Below are positions 36,601 to 48,705 of a stretch of DNA of 64,000 nucleotides, piece after piece; positions within the stretch are counted from its first letter, which is position 1; the number at the start of each line of letters is the position of its first letter. A program made the translations under genes and the position numbers. Source of the DNA: Eledone cirrhosa (lineage: Eukaryota); the NCBI GenBank assembly GCA_964016885.1, contig OZ024745.1, forward strand, positions 16,120,001 through 16,184,000. Direction: 5' to 3'. Under the pieces are notes generated by a model that was given only the letters and a program-made list of their open reading frames with translations, was not told the DNA's origin and made no database searches.

Positions 36601-39600
36601 GAGTTGAAAGGTGTTGTGGTTGTGAGTTGAAAGGTGGTGTGGTTGTGAGTTGAAAGGTGGTGTGGTTGTGATTTGAAAGGTGGTGTGGTTGTGAGTTGAA
36701 AGGTGGTGTGGTTGTGAGTGTTGAAAGGTGGTGTGGTTGTGAGTTGAAAGGTGGTGTGGTTGTGAGTTGAAAGGTGGTGTGGTTGTGAGTGTTGAAAGGT
36801 GGTGTGGTTGTGAGTTGAAAGGTGGTGTGGTTGTGAGTTGAAAGGTGGTGTGGTTGTGAGTGTTGAAAGGTGGTGTGTTTGTGAGTTGAAAGGTGGTGTG
36901 GTTGTGAGTGTTGAAAGGTGGTGTGGTTGTGAGTTGAAAGGTGGTGTGGTTGTGAGTTGAAAGGTGGTGTGGTTGTGAGTTGAAAGGTGGTGTGGTTGTG
37001 AGTTGAAAGGTGGTGTGGTTGTAAGTGTTGAAAGGTGGTGTGGTTGTGAGTTGAAAGGTGATGTGGTTGTGAGATGAAAGGTGAAGTGGTTGTGAGTGTT
37101 GAAAGGTGGTGTGGTTGTGAGTTGAAAGGGGGTGTGGTTGTGAGTTGAAAGGTGATGTGGTTGTGAGTTGAAAGGTGGTGTGGTTGTGAGTGTTGAAAGG
37201 TGGTAGGGTTGTGAGTTGAAAGGTGGTGTGGTTGTGAGTGTTGACAGATGGTGTGGTTGTGAGTTGAAAGGTGATGTGGTTGTGAATTGAAAGGTGATGT
37301 GGTTGTGAGTTGAAAGGTGGTGTGGTTTTGAGTTGAAAGGTGGTGTGGTTGTGAGTTGAAAGGTGGTGTGGTTGTGAGTTGAAAGGTGATGTGGTTGTGA
37401 GTTGAAAGGTGGTGTGGTTGTGAGTTGAAAGGTGGTGTGGTTGTGAGTTGAAAGGTGTTGTGGTTGTGAGTTGAAAGGTGGTGTGGTTGTGTGTTGAAAG
37501 GTGATGTGGTTGTGAGTTGAAAGGTGGTGTGGTTGTGAGTTGAAAGGTGGTGTGGTTGTGAGTTGAAGGTGGTGTGGTTGTGAGTTGAAAGGTGATGTGG
37601 TTGTGAGTTGAAAGGTGGTGTGGTTGTGAGTTGAAAGGTGGTGTGGTTGTGAGTTGAAAGGTGTTGTGGTTGTGAGTTGAAAGGTGGTGTGGTTGTGAGT
37701 TGAAAGGTGTTGTGGTTGTGAGTTGAAAGGTGGTGTGGTTGTGAGTTGAAAGGTGATGTGGTTGTGAGTTGAAAGGTGATGTGGTTGTGAGTTGAAAGGT
37801 GGTGTGGTTGTAAGTTGAAAGGTGATGTGGTTGTGAGTGTTGAAAGGTGGTGTGGTTGTGTGTTGAAAGGTGGTGTGCTTGTGAGTTGAAAAGTGGTGTG
37901 GTTGTGAGGTGAAAGGTGGTGTGGTTGTGAGTTGAAAGGTGGTGTGGTTGTGAGTTGTAAGGTGATGTGGTTGTGAGTTGAAAGGTGGTGTGGTTGTGAG
38001 TTGAAAGGTGGTGTGGTTGTGAGTTGAAAGGTGATGTGGTTGTGAGTGTTGAAAGGTGATGTGGTTGTGAGTTGAAAGGTGGTGTGGTTGTGAGTGTTGA
38101 AAGGTGGTGTGGTTGTGAGTTGAAAGGTGGTGTGGTTGTGAGTGTTGAAAGGTGGTGTGGTTGTGAGTTGAAAGGTGATGTGGTTGTGAGTTGAAAGGTG
38201 ATGTGGTTGTGAGTGTTGAAAGGTGGTGTGGTTGTGAGTTGAAAGGTGGTGTGGTTGTGAGTGTTGAAAGGTGATGTGGTTGTGAGTTGAAAGGTGGTGT
38301 GGTTGTGAGTGTTGAAAGGTGGTGTGGTTGTGAGTTGAAAGGTGGTGTGGTTGTGAGTGTTGAAAGGTGGTGTGGTTGTGAGTTGAAAGGGGGTGTGGTT
38401 GTGAGTTGAAAGGTGATGTGGTTGTGAGTTGAAAGGTGGTGTAGTTGTGAGTGTTGACAGATGGTGGGGTTGTGAGTTGAAAGGTGATGTGGTTGTGAGT
38501 GTTGAAAGGTGGTGGGGTTGTGAGTTGAAAGGTGGTGTGGTTGTGAGTGTTGACAGATGGTGTGGTTGTGAGTTGAAAGGTGATGTGGTTGTGAGTTGAA
38601 AGGTGATGTGGTTGTGAATTGAAAGGTGGTGTGGTTGTGAGTTGAAAGGTGGTGTCGTTGTGAGTTGAAAGGTGGTGTGGTTGTGAGTTGAAAGGTGGTG
38701 TGGTTGTGAGTTTAAAGGGGATGTGGTTGTGACTTTAAAGGTGATGTGGTTGTGAGTTGAAAGGTGGTGTGGTTGTGAGTTGAAAGGTGATGTGGTTGTG
38801 AGTGTTGACAGATGGTGGGGTTGTGAGTTGAAAGGTGATGTGGTTGTGAGTGTTGAACGGTGGTGTGGTTGTGAGTTTAAAGGTGATGTGGTTGTGAGTT
38901 TAAAGGTTATGTGGTTGTGAGTTGAAAGGTGATGTGGTTGTGAGTTGATAGGTGGTGTGGTTGTGAGTTTAAAGGTGATGTGGTTGTGAGTTTAAAGGTT
39001 ATGTGGTTGTGAGTTGAAAGGTGATGTGGTTGTGAGTTGAAAGGTGGTGTGGTTGTGTGTTGAAAGGTGATGTGGTTGTGAGTTGAAAGGTGGTGTGGTT
39101 GTGAGTTGAAAGGTGGTGTGGTTGTGAGTTGAAAGGTGGTGTGGTTGTGAGTTGAAAGTTGATGTGGTTGTGAGTTGAAAGGTGGTGTGGTTGTGAGTTG
39201 AAAGGTGGTGTGGTTGTGAGTTGAAAGATGGTGTGGTTGTGAGTTGAAAGGTGGTGTGGTTGTGAGTTGAAAGGTGGTGTGGTTGTGAGTTGAAAGGTGG
39301 TGTGGTTGTGAGTTGAATGATGGTGTGGTTGTGAGTTGAAAGGTGGTGTGGTTGTGAGTTGAAAGGTGGTGTGGTTGTGAGTTGAAAGGTGGTGTGGTTG
39401 TGAGTTGAAAGGTGGTGTGGTCGTGAGTTGAAAGGTGATGTGGTTGTGAGTTGAAAGGTGGTGTGGTTGTGAGTTGAAAGGTGGTGTCGTTGTGAGTTGA
39501 AAGGTGGTGTGGTTGTGAGTTGAAAGGTGGTGTGGTTGTGAGTTTAAAGGGGATGTGGTTGTGACTTTAAAGGTGATGTGGTTGTGAGTTGAAAGGTGGT

Positions 39601-42600
39601 GTGGTTGTGAGTTGAAAGGTGATGTGGTTGTGAGTGTTGACAGATGGTGGGGTTGTGAGTTGAAAGGTGATGTGGTTGTGAGTGTTGAAAGGTGGTGTGG
39701 TTGTGAGTTTAAAGGTGATGTGGTTGTGAGTTTAAAGGTTATGTGGTTGTGAGTTGAAAGGTGATGTGGTTGTGAGTTGATAGGTGGTGTGGTTGTGAGT
39801 TTAAAGGTGATGTGGTTGTGAGTTTAAAGGTTATGTGGTTGTGAGTTGAAAGGTGATGTGGTTGTGAGTTGAAAGGTGGTGTGGTTGTGTGTTGAAAGGT
39901 GATGTGGTTGTGAGTTGAAAGGTGGTGTGGTTGTGAGTTGAAAGGTGGTGTGGTTGTGAGTTGAAAGGTGGTGTGGTTGTGAGTTGAAAGTTGATGTGGT
40001 TGTGAGTTGAAAGGTGGTGTGGTTGTGAGTTGAAAGGTGGTGTGGTTGTGAGTTGAAAGATGGTGTGGTTGTGAGTTGAAAGGTGGTGTGGTTGTGAGTT
40101 GAAAGGTGGTGTGGGCGTGAGTTGAAAGGTGATGTGGTTGTGAGTTGAAGAGTGATGTGGTTGTGAGTTGAAAGGTGATGTGGTTGTGAGTTGAAAGGTG
40201 GTGTGGTTGTGAGTTGAAAGGTGATGTGGTTGTGAGTTGAAAGGTGATGTGGTTGTGAGTTGAAAGGTGGTGTGGTTGTGAGTTGAAAGGTGGTGTGGTT
40301 GTGAGTTGAAAGGTGATGTGGTTGTGAGTTGAAAGGTGGTGTGGTTGTGAGTTGAAAGGTGGTGTGGTTGTGAGTTTAAAGGTGGTGTGGTTGTTATTTT
40401 AAAGGTGGTGTGGTTGTGAATTGAAAGGTGTTGTGGTTGTGAGCTGAAAGGTGTTGTGGTTGTGAGTTTAAAGGTGATGTGGTTGTGAGTTGAAAGGTGA
40501 TGTGGTTGTGAGTGTTGAAAGGTGGTGGGGTTGTGAGTTGAAAGGTGGTGTGGTTGTGAGTGTTGACAGATGGTGTGGTTGTGAGTTGAAAGGTGATGTG
40601 GTTGTGAATTGAAAGTTGGTGTGGTTGTGAGTTGAAAGGTGGTGTCGTTGTGAGTTGAAAGGTGGTGTGGTTGTGAGTTGAAAGTGGTGTGGTTGTGAGT
40701 TGAAAGGTGGTGTGGTTGTGAGTTGAAAGGTGATGTGGTTGTGAGTTGAAAGGTGGTGTGGTTGTGAGTTGAAAGGTGGTGTGGCTGTGAGTTGAAAGGT
40801 GGTGTGGTTGTGAGTTGAAAGGTGATGTGGTTGTGAGTTGAAAGGTGGTGTGGTTGTGAGTTGAAAGGTGATGTGGTTGTGAGTTGAAAGGTGGTGTGGT
40901 TGTGAGTTGAAAGGTGGTGTGGTTGTGAGTTGAAAGGTGGTGTGGTTGTGAGTTTAAAGGGGATGTGGTTGTGACTTTAAAGGTGATGTGGTTCTGAGTT
41001 TAAAGGTTGTGTGGTTGTGAGTTGAAAGGTGATGTGGTTGTGAGTTGAAAGGTGGTGTGGTTGTGAGTTGAAAGGTTGTGTGGTTGTGAGTGTTGACAGA
41101 TGGTGGGGTTGTGAGTTGAAAGGTGATGTGGTTGTGAGTGTTGAAAGGTGGTTTGGTTGTGAGTTTAAAGGTGATGTGGTTGTGAGTTTAAAGGTGGTGT
41201 GGTTGGGAGTTGAAAAGCGGTGTGGTTGTGAGTTGAAAGGTGATGTGGTTGTGAGTTGAAGAGTGATGTGGTTGTGAGTTGAAAGGTGATGTGGTTGTGA
41301 GTTGAAAGGTGGTGTGGTTGTGAGTTGAAAGGTGGTGTGGTTGTGAGTTTAAAGGTGATGTGGTTGTGAGTTTAAAGGTGATGTGGTTGTGAGTTGAAAG
41401 GTGATGTGGTTGTGAGTTGAAAGGTGGTGTGGTTGTGAGTTGAAAGGTGATGTGGTTGTGAGTTGAAAGGTGGTGTGGTTGTGAGTTGAAAGGTGGTGTG
41501 GTTGTGAGTTTAAAGGTGATGTGGTTGTGAGTTTAAAGGTGATGTGGTTGTGAGTTGAAAGGTGGTGTGGTTGTGAGTTGAAAGGTGGTGTGGTTGTGAG
41601 TTGAAAGGTGATGTGGTTGTGAGTTGAAAGGTGATGTGGTTGTGAGTTGAAAGGTGATGTGGTTGTGAGTTGAAAGGTGGTGTGGTTGTGAGTTGAAAGG
41701 TGATGTGGTTGTGAGTTGAAAGGTGGTGTAGTTGTGAGTTGAAAGGTGGTGTTGTTGTGAGTTGAAAGGTGGTGTGGTTGTGAGTTGAAAGGTGGTGTGG
41801 TTGTGAGTTGAAAGGTGGTGTGGTTGTGAATTGAAAGGTGATGTGGTTGTGAGTTTAAAGGTGGTGTGGTTGTGATTTTAAAGGTGGTGTGGTTGTGAAT
41901 TGAAAGGTGTTGTGGTTGTGAGCTGAAAGGTGGTGTGGTTGTGAGTTGAAAGGTGGTGTGGTTGTGAGTTGAAAGGTGATGTGGTTGTGAGTTTAAAGGT
42001 GGTGTGGTTGTGAGTTTAAAGGTGATGTGGTTGTGAGTTGAAAGGTGATGTGGTTGTGAGTTGAAAGGTGTTGTGGTTGTGAGTTGAACGGTGTTGTGGT
42101 TGTGAGTTGAAAGGTGGTGGGGTTGTGAGTTTAAAGGTGGTGTGGTTGTGAGTTGAAAGGGGGTGTGGTTGTGAGTTGAAAGCTGTTGTGGTTGTGAGTG
42201 TTGAAAGGTGGTGTGGTTGTGTGTTGAAAGGTGGTGTGGTTGTGAGTGTTGAAAGGTGATGTGGTTGTGAGTTGAAAGGTGATGTGGTTGTGAGTTGAAA
42301 GGTGATGTGGTTGTGAGTTGAAAGGTGATGTGGTTGTGAGTTTAAATGTGGTGTGGTTGTGAGTTTAAAGGTGATGTGGTTGTGAGTTTAAAGGTGATGT
42401 GGTTGTGAGTTGAAAGGTGGTGTGGTTGTGAGTTGAAAGGTGGTGTGGTTGTGAGTTGAAAGGTGATGTGGTTGTGAGTTGAAAGGTGGTGTAGTTGTGA
42501 GTTGAAAGGTGGTGTGGTTGTGAGTTGAAAGGTGATGTGGTTGTGAGTTGAAAGGTGGTGTGGTTGTGAGTTGAAAGGTGATGTGGTTGTGAGTTGAAAG

Positions 42601-42800
42601 GTGGTGTAGTTGTGAGTTGAAAGGTGGTGTTGTTGTGAGTTGAAAGGTGGTGTGGTTGTGAGTTGAAGGTGGTGTTATTGTGAGTTGAAAGGTGATGTGG
42701 TTGTGAGTTGAAAGGTGGTGTGGTTGTGAGTTGAAAGGTGATGTGGTTGTGAGTTGAAAGGGGGTGTGGTTGTGAGTTGAAAGGTGGTGTGGTTGTGAGA
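24657..42800. repeat. 18-kb satellite array, 23-bp unit GTGGTTGTGAGTTGAAAGGTG(G/A)T, roughly 790 copies
   Basis: Directly visible and uninterrupted; near absence of C on the + strand; recurring 25-bp variant units (GAGTGTTGAAA). Confidence 0.98.
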
Positions 42801-43317
42801 GTTGAAGTGACCGAAGTCGATGACTTCAGGGTGGAGTTTTAGATAAATATCATTTCATGCAGCAAGAGATAAGATCAAAGATATTTTGGAAAGCAGCTTA
42901 AACAGATTTATTTAGGAGAGGGAGACTTTGATCCAAACAGAATAACCGGAACTATTTGTCTCAGACGTACAAGTAACAGAAGCAGATCAGTAATGGAGAA
43001 AGTGGAATCAACATGGACCGAGGCATCACCTTCACACACTACTCCATTAGACTGGACCGGAAGTTGTTAGAAAAGAGGAAGGAGAATTTTCTAACAGGTT
43101 TTATTTTAAGTTTTACCGACTAGAAAAGTTTAGACGGTGAAGGAAAATCATGCGGTTATGATAATTTCTTGTCTGAAGCCTGGTCCAAATACCTGCAATA
43201 GAGCAATAGAGCAAACTCCGTTATCCATGGGTCGGGATAGTGGTACTACACGAATTGGTGTGATATTCTTACTCTCTCCTACAAGATGAGGGTGACTTCT
43301 ACACGAGATAAATAATG

Positions 43318-43683
43318 TTTCTTAGTTAGGCACAAGGCCAGCAATTTTGGGGGAGGAGAAAGTCGATATATACCTCTATCTCTTGAAGCTGTTCTAAAAC
43401 TGACAAATATTAGTTCCTTTCCTACAAATATTTGAGAAATATTTATGTTATTTCCCAACCTAATGGTTTCCGGTTTAGGCACAAGGCCAACAATTTATGG
43501 GGAGGGGAAAGTCAATTAAATCGACCCCAGTGCGTGACTGTTACTTTATTTTATTGACCCCCGTAAGGATGAAAGGCAAAGTCAACCTCGGTGGCATTTG
43601 AACTCAGATCATAAAGGGCCGTAACCCTATACTACAAAGAATGGCATCCGACCCTCTATTGATACTGCCAATCCACCACCCTC
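43318..43683 (-). mobile_element. Meta-domain-like SINE plus extra 3' sequence and a second SINE tail inside one TSD
   Basis: 17-bp TSD ACACGAGATAAATAATG at 43301-43317 and 43684-43700; tail motif GGCACAAGGCCA occurs twice. Confidence 0.85.
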
Positions 43684-44207
43684 ACACGAGATAAATAATG
43701 ACCCCAAATGAAACAACATGTACACAGATACGTTGTTTCTCTACTGTTATGACGTATACATGCATATACCAACATCAGCAACAGTAACAAATGTTTAAAG
43801 GCAATTATGCCTGCTAAAGAAGAGTTAACTCTAAAGCCCCTATGATAGGTTTCGTAACCATTATGGGATACTTTTTGAGGCAATAGTTTACGGAAGGATG
43901 CTTTTCTTAGTACCAACTCTTTTAGTCACTTCTTATGACACGCAAATACACGATGTACCTATTCTAAACTACGTCGGATGCAGTACTGACAAATGTTGCA
44001 AAGTAATTTAGAAATCGCTATGTGAATTAGAAAGAAACCATACATCTGTTAGAATGTCTAGTTAATTAGATTTAATCACGTGATATTAACATTTGACATT
44101 CTTAATGAAAAGCTTTCAGTTTGTAATTTGACGAACAGGAAAGCATTTAGACACAAGCTGCAACATTTTGTTATAATATCTAGAATAAAGCCCACCTCTT
44201 TAATAAT

Positions 44208-44379
44208 TGTTTCTATTTTGGGGCACAAGGCCAGTAATTATCCCAGTACTTTATTTTATCGACCCCATAAGGATGAAAGGCAAAGTTAACCTCGGCGGTA
44301 TTTGAACTCAGACCATAAAGGGACGTAACTCTGCTGGAAAGCATGGCGTCCGACCCTCTACCGATACTGCCAATCTACC
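44208..44379 (-). mobile_element. Meta-domain-like SINE
   Basis: TSD GCCCA(C/T)CTCTTTAATAAT at 44190-44207 and 44380-44397. Confidence 0.9.
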
Positions 44380-45121
44380 GCCCATCTCTTTAATAATACA
44401 TTATTTATAGACCCGTCTTTTTATTTCAATCTGAATGTAAAAATTGTTTTGAAACGTTAGAAATCTTGTCCCAGTTGCTATGTTCCATTAAACATATTTT
44501 ACCAATGTGCAATGTTACATCCCAATGCTAGTCCTTAAGCAATGCTGTCCAAATAAAATATAAAATTGATTTAATTTAAATTCTAAATAAGTATTTGCCT
44601 GAACAATATGTAATTTGGCCAATATTCTCAAAAATCTCTATTATTCTATATTGATTTAATAAAATGAAATTAATTCAATTTCAACACAGCATTTCAATTA
44701 TAAAATTAAAGTATCTAGGTATTTGCCACCAGTGATTAATTACCAACCTACCTCACCCCACTTACACACTACACCAAATATGTCAACATGTCATGCTGTT
44801 TAGGCAATAGAAATTATTATTTTCCAAAAATAAAATACAGCTTCATGATTTTATTTCTTTCCAGAGATGATTTTGCTGAAATAGAAATTATAAATTAATA
44901 AATAAAAATTATTTTGTCAGGCTGTGATATACGCCATTTATACACAATTATATTAATTGTATTTCTAGCAATAGTCTTTCTGTTTCCTCTGTCACTGGGT
45001 AGAAAGCTATCGAGATACTTTTACAGGCGTTAATGTTAACATATCAATATTTTCAATTTTATATCTCGTGGTCTAGTGCTAAAAAGGGAGGCGAGGGAAA
45101 TCATTACTGAGAGGTTGGAGG

Positions 45122-45185
<64 letters not shown>

Positions 45186-45192
<7 letters not shown>

Positions 45193-45384
45193 GACGTAAA
45201 ATAAGAAAATTATAAAAATTTACTTACTTACTAAAAGTAAATTTTTATAATTTTCTTATTTTACGTCTTTCATATAATTGTTCTGCATCCCCTTGCATTG
45301 AACCACAAAGTTACTAAGACAAAACCTATATATTTGCTAGCATAGGTATACATCTGTATATATATGTTGGTAGATATACTAATT

Positions 45385-45388
<4 letters not shown>
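45186..45388 (+). mobile_element. Short hairpin-plus-tail copy of the family at 55381 and 59136, between (TA)n tracts
   Basis: ATGAAAGACGTAAAATAAGAAAATTATAAAAATTTAC / GTAAATTTTTATAATTTTCTTATTTTACGTCTTTCAT inverted pair, then tail homologous to 59705-59820. Confidence 0.85.
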
Positions 45389-45443
<55 letters not shown>

Positions 45444-47029
45444 CACACACACTTACACGGCCTTACACACACACACATATATATATATACATATATATGT
45501 ATATATACATATATGTAGGTTTGCATACTCAGGAGTATATATGTATATATATATATACATACGTCTGAGTATGCAAACCTACATAAATACTTCGCCAAGT
45601 GCTTTAGCCTGCGTACATTAGTGTCAGTTGTTTAACTAACACATATTATACCAAATACATATATATATATATATCCGCGTGTAGTTGATGGAAGAGAGAA
45701 AAGAGCACTCAATACTGAAATAGAGTTGAAATATTCATTTATTATCGCTAAATAGTGAGTCTTGTTATACCAGAGTTTCACCTGCACTCACATAGTTGTC
45801 AGGCATGTCTTCTCTGATGACCCTGTGTGTGCAGAGGGTCATCAGAGTAACAAGACTCACTGTTTAGCCCTAAGACTGGTTATAATTAATTGGCAGTGGT
45901 ACTTAGATATCATTGATGTTAATAGTGATGTATATGAAGGCATGTGCTATAGCTTTATACACCTGAGAACCTCATCAAAGATCCCTTTTTATTTCTTTAT
46001 GAAAGTAAAAAGTCTTTCTTTTGCAAAACGAAAAAGTATTTTTTTTATAGCGAGGTTCACATGTGTTTATTGTATATAAAACATATAGAATATCCTTTCA
46101 TATATACCCCCATTATGCTTAACACTATCTTAATGCCACTGCAAATACACACACACACACACACACACACACAGCTGACTAAATACGTGCATGTGTTTTT
46201 TTTTGTTGTCATTTTTGTTCTGTTCCTTCCTCTCTTCACTCTCTATCTTCCAATTTCATCTATTATGTCTCATTCTATCTTCCGATGAATAACTAGCGTC
46301 CGAAACGTTAAGGCTCTTTTCCGCCTTTTTCAAGTGTTAAACTAATATATTTCTTCATTGTTATTTGTCGTTTGCTTTATTATTTCTGTTTACTTTTTGC
46401 ACCCCCGCCCATACACACCTGCACCTACCCCCACCCCACACATATATATATTACGTGCTTTGTATGTATATTATATAGAGTGTGTATACAGCTGATGTGT
46501 CAATATATAAGTAATGTGATTATATGCTTCAGTTGTATATATATAGACAGTGTGATGTGTATCGATTTTCTTTCATCCTTTTTAACTGAATAGTGATCAT
46601 TAGTGGTGATAATAATCTCCGCTAATTAAGGCAACAATTAATCGTCTATCAATCATATAGTTTGTCATGTGACAATATGCCATAGTGTGAGGTGGTGGTG
46701 GTGTATGTGACTGAATACACTAGTCAAACTCCCTACTAATTGTTGGAGCTGGGTACATCAGAGAGTTGCTTGTGACTGTCCATCAAATATATAGAGCGTG
46801 TACTGAAGAATTACTCATTATCTGCTTTACGGCATAGGACAAATCTTTTCCTGAGTCCTTTTCTGGTGATGCGGCTGGACTGCCGATCACTATATTTGAT
46901 TTGCTAAGCTGTCTAAACGTATTGTTACTACTCTGGAGTACTTTTCCCCATCCGAGTGCTAAAGCTACAGACCGAATTTGCATTCGTTAGCTTGGCCGCG
47001 AAATAAAGCTTTGTTAATGCTGTACTAAA

Positions 47030-47115
<86 letters not shown>

Positions 47116-47246
47116 GTGAGGTTTTTTTTACAAAATGAAAAATAACCGAGGTGTCCTACACGAGTGAAAGCATAAAGAAAAAGAGATGAAATCGAAAATG
47201 CAACTGGAGTCTTATTTAAAAAAAATATATATATATTTATTTGGTT

Positions 47247-47284
47247 CCTTTACCGGTTTCCCAGTTCTTCTGCTTTTCAAAAGG
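47247..47284 (-). ncRNA. 38-nt minimal hammerhead motif, U3-A8 core variant
   Basis: CCTT TTGAAAA GCAG AAGAA CTGG GAA ACCGGT A AAGG; perfect stem I; G.G mismatch at the base of stem II in this copy. Confidence 0.75.
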
Positions 47285-48159
47285 TGAGTTGAGATGGAGG
47301 GTCTGTGGTTTTTCTCACATCTGGTTGGTCTCTGAATGTTACTTATTTTATATGGAAAAAGTGGCTCGAAATGCCAGGTTTTTCGAGAAGTAATTTGATT
47401 GGTTTGTCAATAATTATAATAAATTTCGCGCCAGTTCGCGTTACAATAGTTCTTCAAATAAGAGGGGGGAGGGGTTTTCACAGGTTGTTTTTTCATATAT
47501 GAGTGTTTGAATTTTTTTACTTGAAAAAAGGGGGCTCACGAAGGCTTTTTTTTGGTTGGTTATAAATGAAATTATGGCTGTCACGTGAACAAGTTTTCAT
47601 TAAATATTCGTGCCCTTATTTGGAAATCCATTCTGTAGCCTTTTTAGAGAATTTTATGATAAGTGAAAGATAATGGTCAAGAGAAAGGGATGGAAGAATT
47701 GTTCTGGTTCAGTGAATATGGTTAGTTCGCTGGGGTGTCAGAATTCAGATTTTCTATTGAATAAAGAAAGTAAAGATATGTATGTTTATTTGTGTGCTTG
47801 TGTGTGTGCGTGCGTGTGTGTGTGTGTGTGTTGTGTGTGTGTGTGTTTGAATTTCTTTACTTTAAAAAAAGGTGGCTCACGAAGGCTTTTTTTTAATAAA
47901 GGTGATTTGATTGGTTATAAATGAAATTTGGCTGTCACGTGAACAAGTTTTCATTACATTTTTGCGCCCTTATTTGGAAATCTATTCTGTAGCCTTTATA
48001 GAGAATGTTATGACAATGAAAAGATAGTGGTCAAGAGAAATGGGTTTGGGAGAATTGTTCTGATTCAGTGAATATGGTTAGTTCGCTGTGGTGTCAGAGT
48101 TCAGATTTTCTATTGAAGTGAAGATATGTATGTTTATTTGTGTGCTTGTGTGTGTGTGT

Positions 48160-48215
<56 letters not shown>

Positions 48216-48482
48216 TGGAAGATGATTCTATTAGTAGAAATGGGGGAGGGAGTTGTGTGTGTGTGTATATGGGTGTCATGTATGTGTGTGCGAGTATGTT
48301 AAGATGGAGAGAATATATATTTTGTGTGTGTGTATATATGTGTGTAGGAAAGTGGTTCTATTAGTAGAAATGGGGGTGGGAGTTGTGGGTGTTGTTATGT
48401 GTGTGTATGGGTGTTATGTGTGTGGGAGTATGGTTAGCATGTTAAGATGAAGAGGATATATATATATATATATATATATTGT

Positions 48483-48514
<32 letters not shown>

Positions 48515-48705
48515 AGGAAAATGATTCCTTTAGTAGGAATATTTTTGAATGAACATATTTTCCTTACTTATTCGTATTTGTTCTGTTGTATTGTCAGTGC
48601 AAACGTATGTTAAGGTTTATTTAGTTCGGGTTTTTATTTTCTAAAGTAGGTGTTATGTGTGTGTGTGTGTGTGTATGTCATATTATGGTGTTGACACAAT
48701 GTATA

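Noticed and set aside
24657-42800. Telomeric array
   Set aside because: Unit is 23 bp rather than TTAGGG, and ordinary sequence flanks both sides.
42800-43090. Purine-rich, partly open segment after the satellite
   Set aside because: No recognisable motif or convincing splice signals.
46802-47030. CTGAAGA upstream of a (TA)n tract
   Set aside because: No matching GAAA, stem III or stem I could be assembled.
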